From sequence record CAXNAE020000001.1: 32,000 bases of DNA; one strand, given 5' to 3'. The notes below the pieces were generated by a model. It searched no databases and was not told the origin of the DNA. It worked only from the letters and a program-made list of their open reading frames with translations. Below are positions 27,484 through 32,000 of the stretch, in pieces (the first letter of the stretch is position 1; the number at the start of each line of letters is the position of its first letter). A program made the position numbers and the translations under genes.

Positions 27484-29391
27484 TTAAATTTCTTCTATAT
27501 TTGTATCAATAATTGAATCATCTTCTTTTTGATCATTTACTGATGTTGCTTCGTTTGATATATTATTTGAATTTGATAATTCTTTACTTATTTCATTTGA
27601 TAGAGACTCTAATTCTTGCATTTTTGTTTTAATATTTTCAATTTCATTAAGAGTGATATCGTCTTTTTGAATTATTTCACGAAGATCTTGTATTAAAAGT
27701 GTAATTTTTTTATTTTTTTCTTCCGAAATTTGTTCTTCATATTCTTTCAATTGTTTTTCATTTTGATAACAAAGTAAATCTACTTGATTTTTTAACTCAA
27801 TTTTTTCTTTCTTTGTTTTATCAATTTGATATGTTTCTTCGGCTTCTCTAACCATTTTTTCAACTTCAGATTTTTCTAATGTAGAAGCATTTTGAATTGT
27901 AATACGTTGTTCTTTTCCAGTTTTTTTATCTTTTGCTGAAACATTTAAAATACCACTAACATCAATATCAAATGTAACTTCTATTTGTGGGATTCCGCGT
28001 GGTGCTAATGGAATTCCTTCTAATTGAAAATTACCTAAACTTTTATTATCTGCAGACATTTCCCTTTCTCCTTGAAGAACATCAACATCTACTGTTGTTT
28101 GATTATCTGAAGCTGTTGAAAATAATTCAGATTTTTTAATTGGAATTGTTGTATTACGAGGAATAATTTTAGTCATTAACCCCCCTAATGTTTCTACCCC
28201 TAAAGATAAAGGTGTTACATCTAATAAAAGAATATTTTTCACTTCTCCCGCTAATACACCACCCTGTACTGCTGCTCCAATAGCTACAACTTCATCCGGA
28301 TTTACACTTTGATTAGGTTCTTTTTGAATAATATCTGAAATTAATTTTTGAATTGCTGGAATACGAGTTGAACCTCCTACTAAAACTAATTCATTAATTC
28401 TTCCTTTTTCTAATTTTGCATCATCTATTGCAGTTTCTACAGGTAATCTACAACGATTTATTAAATCTTCACAAAGGGTTTCAAATTTTGTTCTAGTTAA
28501 TTTTTCTTCAATATGTTTAGGACCAGTTTCGTCTACACTAATAAATGGAAGATTTATTATTGTTTCAGATAAATTCGATAATTCAATTTTCGCTTTTTCT
28601 GCAGCTTCTGTTAATCGTTGTAAAGCTTGGGAATCTGAAGTTAAATCAATATTTTCTTTTTCTTTAAAAACATTGATTAAATAATCCACAATTTTTTTGT
28701 CAAAATCATCTCCTCCTAAATGAGTATCTCCTGATGTTGCTAAAACTTCAAAAACTCCTTCTCCAACTTCTAATATAGAAATATCAAAAGTTCCTCCTCC
28801 TAAATCAAAAATTACTACTTTTTCATTATCTTTTTTATCTAATCCATAAGCTAAAGAAGCTGCTGTTGGTTCATTAATAATTCTTTTTACCTCTAATCCA
28901 GCAATTTTACCTGCATCCTTAGTTGCCTGGCGTTGAGAATCATTGAAATAAGCAGGTACAGTTATAACAGCTTTATTGATTTGTTGACCTAAATATTTTC
29001 CAGCATCTGTAGTCAATTTACGTAATATTTGTGATGAAATTTCTTCTGGACTAAATTCTTTCTCTAAAGTTGAACAAAGAATTTTAATATTCCCTTTTTT
29101 ATCTTCAATAATTTTATAGGGAACTTGTTTTGATTGTTCTTTAATTTCACTAAACGTTGAACCAATAAATCGTTTTATCGATGAAAAAGTATTTTCGGGA
29201 TTTATAACTGCTTGTCTTTTTGCTATTTGTCCTACTAATAATTCTTTGTTTTTTGTATACGCAACAATTGATGGGGTTGTTCTTAAGCCTTCAGCATTAG
29301 TAATAACAGTAGGAGTTCCACCTTCCATTACAGCAATCACTGAATTTGTAGTTCCTAAATCAATACCTACTATTTTTTCAAAATTACTCAT
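27484..29391 (-). CDS. dnaK: Hsp70 chaperone DnaK
   Basis: 635 aa. It has [17 protein letters not shown] and [19 protein letters not shown] lies 8 nt upstream of the ATG. Confidence 0.98.
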   Translation of the reverse strand: MSNFEKIVGIDLGTTNSVIAVMEGGTPTVITNAEGLRTTPSIVAYTKNKELLVGQIAKRQAVINPENTFSSIKRFIGSTFSEIKEQSKQVPYKIIEDKKGNIKILCSTLEKEFSPEEISSQILRKLTTDAGKYLGQQINKAVITVPAYFNDSQRQATKDAGKIAGLEVKRIINEPTAASLAYGLDKKDNEKVVIFDLGGGTFDISILEVGEGVFEVLATSGDTHLGGDDFDKKIVDYLINVFKEKENIDLTSDSQALQRLTEAAEKAKIELSNLSETIINLPFISVDETGPKHIEEKLTRTKFETLCEDLINRCRLPVETAIDDAKLEKGRINELVLVGGSTRIPAIQKLISDIIQKEPNQSVNPDEVVAIGAAVQGGVLAGEVKNILLLDVTPLSLGVETLGGLMTKIIPRNTTIPIKKSELFSTASDNQTTVDVDVLQGEREMSADNKSLGNFQLEGIPLAPRGIPQIEVTFDIDVSGILNVSAKDKKTGKEQRITIQNASTLEKSEVEKMVREAEETYQIDKTKKEKIELKNQVDLLCYQNEKQLKEYEEQISEEKNKKITLLIQDLREIIQKDDITLNEIENIKTKMQELESLSNEISKELSNSNNISNEATSVNDQKEDDSIIDTNIEEI

Positions 29392-29516
29392 ATTTTCTCC
29401 TTTTATATTTAATAATTATTTAAATAAAGATGTACATTGAATTGCTTTTAATAATTTTATTTTTAATAAACATTAAATTTCTATCTAATCTATCTATATC
29501 TACTAATATTATAGCG

Positions 29517-29592
29517 TATCTATTTGTATGGTATAGGTGTAATTACCGAACTAAATAGTTCGGTAATTACACCTATACCATACAAATAGATA
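29517..29592. repeat. Perfect palindrome: two 37-nt arms separated by 2 nt
   Basis: 29517..29553 (tatctatttgtatggtataggtgtaattaccgaacta) is the exact reverse complement of 29556..29592. About 30 percent G+C in an otherwise almost pure A/T spacer. It lies 12 nt downstream of the trnS(GCU) 3' end and 125 nt upstream of the dnaK ATG. Confidence 0.95.
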
Positions 29593-29604
29593 AAAATTTT
29601 ATTA

Positions 29605-29692
29605 GGAGAGAGAGGGATTCGAACCCTCGGTACAAATTTCTTTATACAATAGATTAGCAATCTAACGCTTTAAGCCACTCAGCCATCTCACC
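29605..29692 (-). tRNA. trnS: tRNA-Ser (anticodon GCU), class II
   Basis: The reverse complement is GGTGAGATGGCTGAGTGGCTTAAAGCGTTAGATTGCTAATCTATTGTATAAAGAAATTTGTACCGAGGGTTCGAATCCCTCTCTCTCC. The anticodon loop is TTGCTAA. There is a U3:U70 mismatch in the acceptor stem. Folded by eye. Confidence 0.85.
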
Positions 29693-29730
29693 TTTATAAA
29701 ATTTAAATATATTTTATTGAAAATATAATT

Positions 29731-29803
29731 TGGCTCTGGCTGGATTTGAACCTGCGACCAAGGGCTTATGAGTCCCCTACTCTAACCACTGAGCTACAGA
29801 GCC
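29731..29803 (-). tRNA. trnM: tRNA with CAU anticodon (elongator Met; lysidine-modified Ile not excluded)
   Basis: The reverse complement is GGCTCTGTAGCTCAGTGGTTAGAGTAGGGGACTCATAAGCCCTTGGTCGCAGGTTCAAATCCAGCCAGAGCCA. The acceptor stem is perfect. There are A51:A63 and A31:G39 mismatches. It lacks the initiator features seen at 16017..16090. Confidence 0.75.
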
Positions 29804-29820
29804 TATAAAAATCTACTTAT

Positions 29821-29849
29821 TATTATATAAATAATAATTGTTTTATGCA
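29821..29849 (-). promoter_or_regulatory. Candidate sigma70-type promoter for the trnM-trnS(GCU) unit
   Basis: On the minus strand, TTGCAT (29849..29844), a 17-nt spacer, then TATAAT (29826..29821). The -10 box ends 17 nt before the trnM 5' end. Confidence 0.4.
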
Positions 29850-29888
29850 ACTTAATAAAAACTTTTATAAAGTAACTATTTTAAAATA

Positions 29889-29918
29889 TTGACAATTTAT
29901 TAAATATAATAGTATATA
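29889..29918 (+). promoter_or_regulatory. Candidate sigma70-type promoter for trnD
   Basis: TTGACA (29889..29894), an 18-nt spacer, then TATATA (29913..29918), 21 nt before the trnD 5' end. It lies back-to-back with the trnM promoter candidate. Confidence 0.3.
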
Positions 29919-29939
29919 TATACTATACGATGTTCTTTG

Positions 29940-30014
29940 GGGATTGTAGCTCAATTTGGTTAGAGTATCACCCTGTCACGGTGAAAGCTGCGGGTTCGAG
30001 TCCCGTCAGTCCCG
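29940..30014 (+). tRNA. trnD: tRNA-Asp (anticodon GUC)
   Basis: The sequence is GGGATTGTAGCTCAATTTGGTTAGAGTATCACCCTGTCACGGTGAAAGCTGCGGGTTCGAGTCCCGTCAGTCCCG, very close to the standard plastid trnD. Confidence 0.92.
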
Positions 30015-30023
30015 ATTAACTTT

Positions 30024-31709
<1,686 letters not shown>

Positions 31710-31710
31710 G

Positions 31711-32000
31711 TTAATCCCAACCTTTTTCAGATTGTGATAATACAAAACCAGCTACATCTCTAATATCATCTTCAGATAAACGACCTCCAAACGCTGGCAT
31801 AGCATTTTTTCCATTTGTTACTTGATATGTTACCGCTTTCGGACTAAACATGTTATTTTCATCTAATATCTCTTTTTTTAATGTTTTAGCAGGTACAATA
31901 ACATTATTCCCATTAGCATGACAAGCTAAACAATTTGCAGTAAATATACTTTCTCCATTAGTAATATCCGGAGAACCATCTGCTAATGCTGGAAAAATAA
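31711..32000 (-). CDS. petJ: Cytochrome c6 (c553), 3' part (5' end lies beyond position 32000)
   Basis: Not in the ORF track because it is truncated. The reverse strand reads ...[90 protein letters not shown], with the stop at 31713..31711. It has the CxxCH haem motif and the [10 protein letters not shown] block. Confidence 0.93.
   Translation of the reverse strand, partial: IFPALADGSPDITNGESIFTANCLACHANGNNVIVPAKTLKKEILDENNMFSPKAVTYQVTNGKNAMPAFGGRLSEDDIRDVAGFVLSQSEKGWD

Noticed and set aside
20383-29440. Plus-strand ORFs 20383..20568, 23795..24001, 26993..27178 and 29246..29440
   Set aside because: Each lies antisense within a conserved gene (ycf46, secA, rps14 and dnaK respectively), so these are shadow ORFs.
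29430-29558. Unannotated 42-codon plus-strand ORF (MYIELLLIILFLINIKFLSNLSISTNIIAYLFVWYRCNYRTK) running from next to the dnaK start into the centre of the 37-bp palindrome
   Set aside because: It has no Shine-Dalgarno and no resemblance to any small photosystem, cytochrome or ribosomal protein I know. Its hydrophobicity is what TTT/ATT/TTA-rich DNA encodes by default, and it overlaps the presumed dnaK 5' region. It is worth a database check but is not supportable as a gene.

Overview
This window is a very A+T-rich (about three quarters A+T by eye, not computed), gene-dense stretch of a red-type plastid genome. It comes from a rhodophyte or a rhodophyte-derived secondary plastid (cryptophyte, haptophyte or ochrophyte-like); I cannot resolve the species from sequence alone. 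I can support 28 protein genes and 8 tRNA genes, and 32 of the 36 are on the minus strand.

The left half is the classic conserved block rps20-rpoB-rpoC1-rpoC2-rps2-tsf-atpI-atpH-atpG-atpF-atpD-atpA. The right half carries psaD, chlB, a Tic20-like ycf60, ccs1, ycf46, rpl34, secA, ycf54, thiG, psbZ, psbK, petG, rps14, dnaK, groEL and the 3' part of petJ, interspersed with tRNAs. Three small genes (rpl34, psbK, petG) and two edge-truncated genes (atpA, petJ) are missing from the ORF track and were found by hand translation. Three track ORFs (atpG, atpH, rps2) start at upstream TTG codons, and I trimmed them to the conserved ATG. The standard code applies, since TGA is used as a stop at atpF.

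I see no CRISPR array, mobile element, defence island, foreign insertion or other accessory system. This is an ordinary housekeeping plastid region. The items worth a second look are small-scale:
- A roughly 100-codon acidic repeat insertion in rpoB.
- A perfect 37-bp-arm palindrome between trnS(GCU) and dnaK that is compositionally unlike its surroundings.
- Overlapping, mutually exclusive hairpins between petJ and groEL.
- A mirror-image promoter-like module between chlB and trnY.
- Sigma70-type promoter boxes in front of the tRNA units, some embedded in upstream 3' hairpins.
- An intrinsic-terminator-like hairpin after atpH.
- Non-Watson-Crick pairs in the stems of three tRNA genes.
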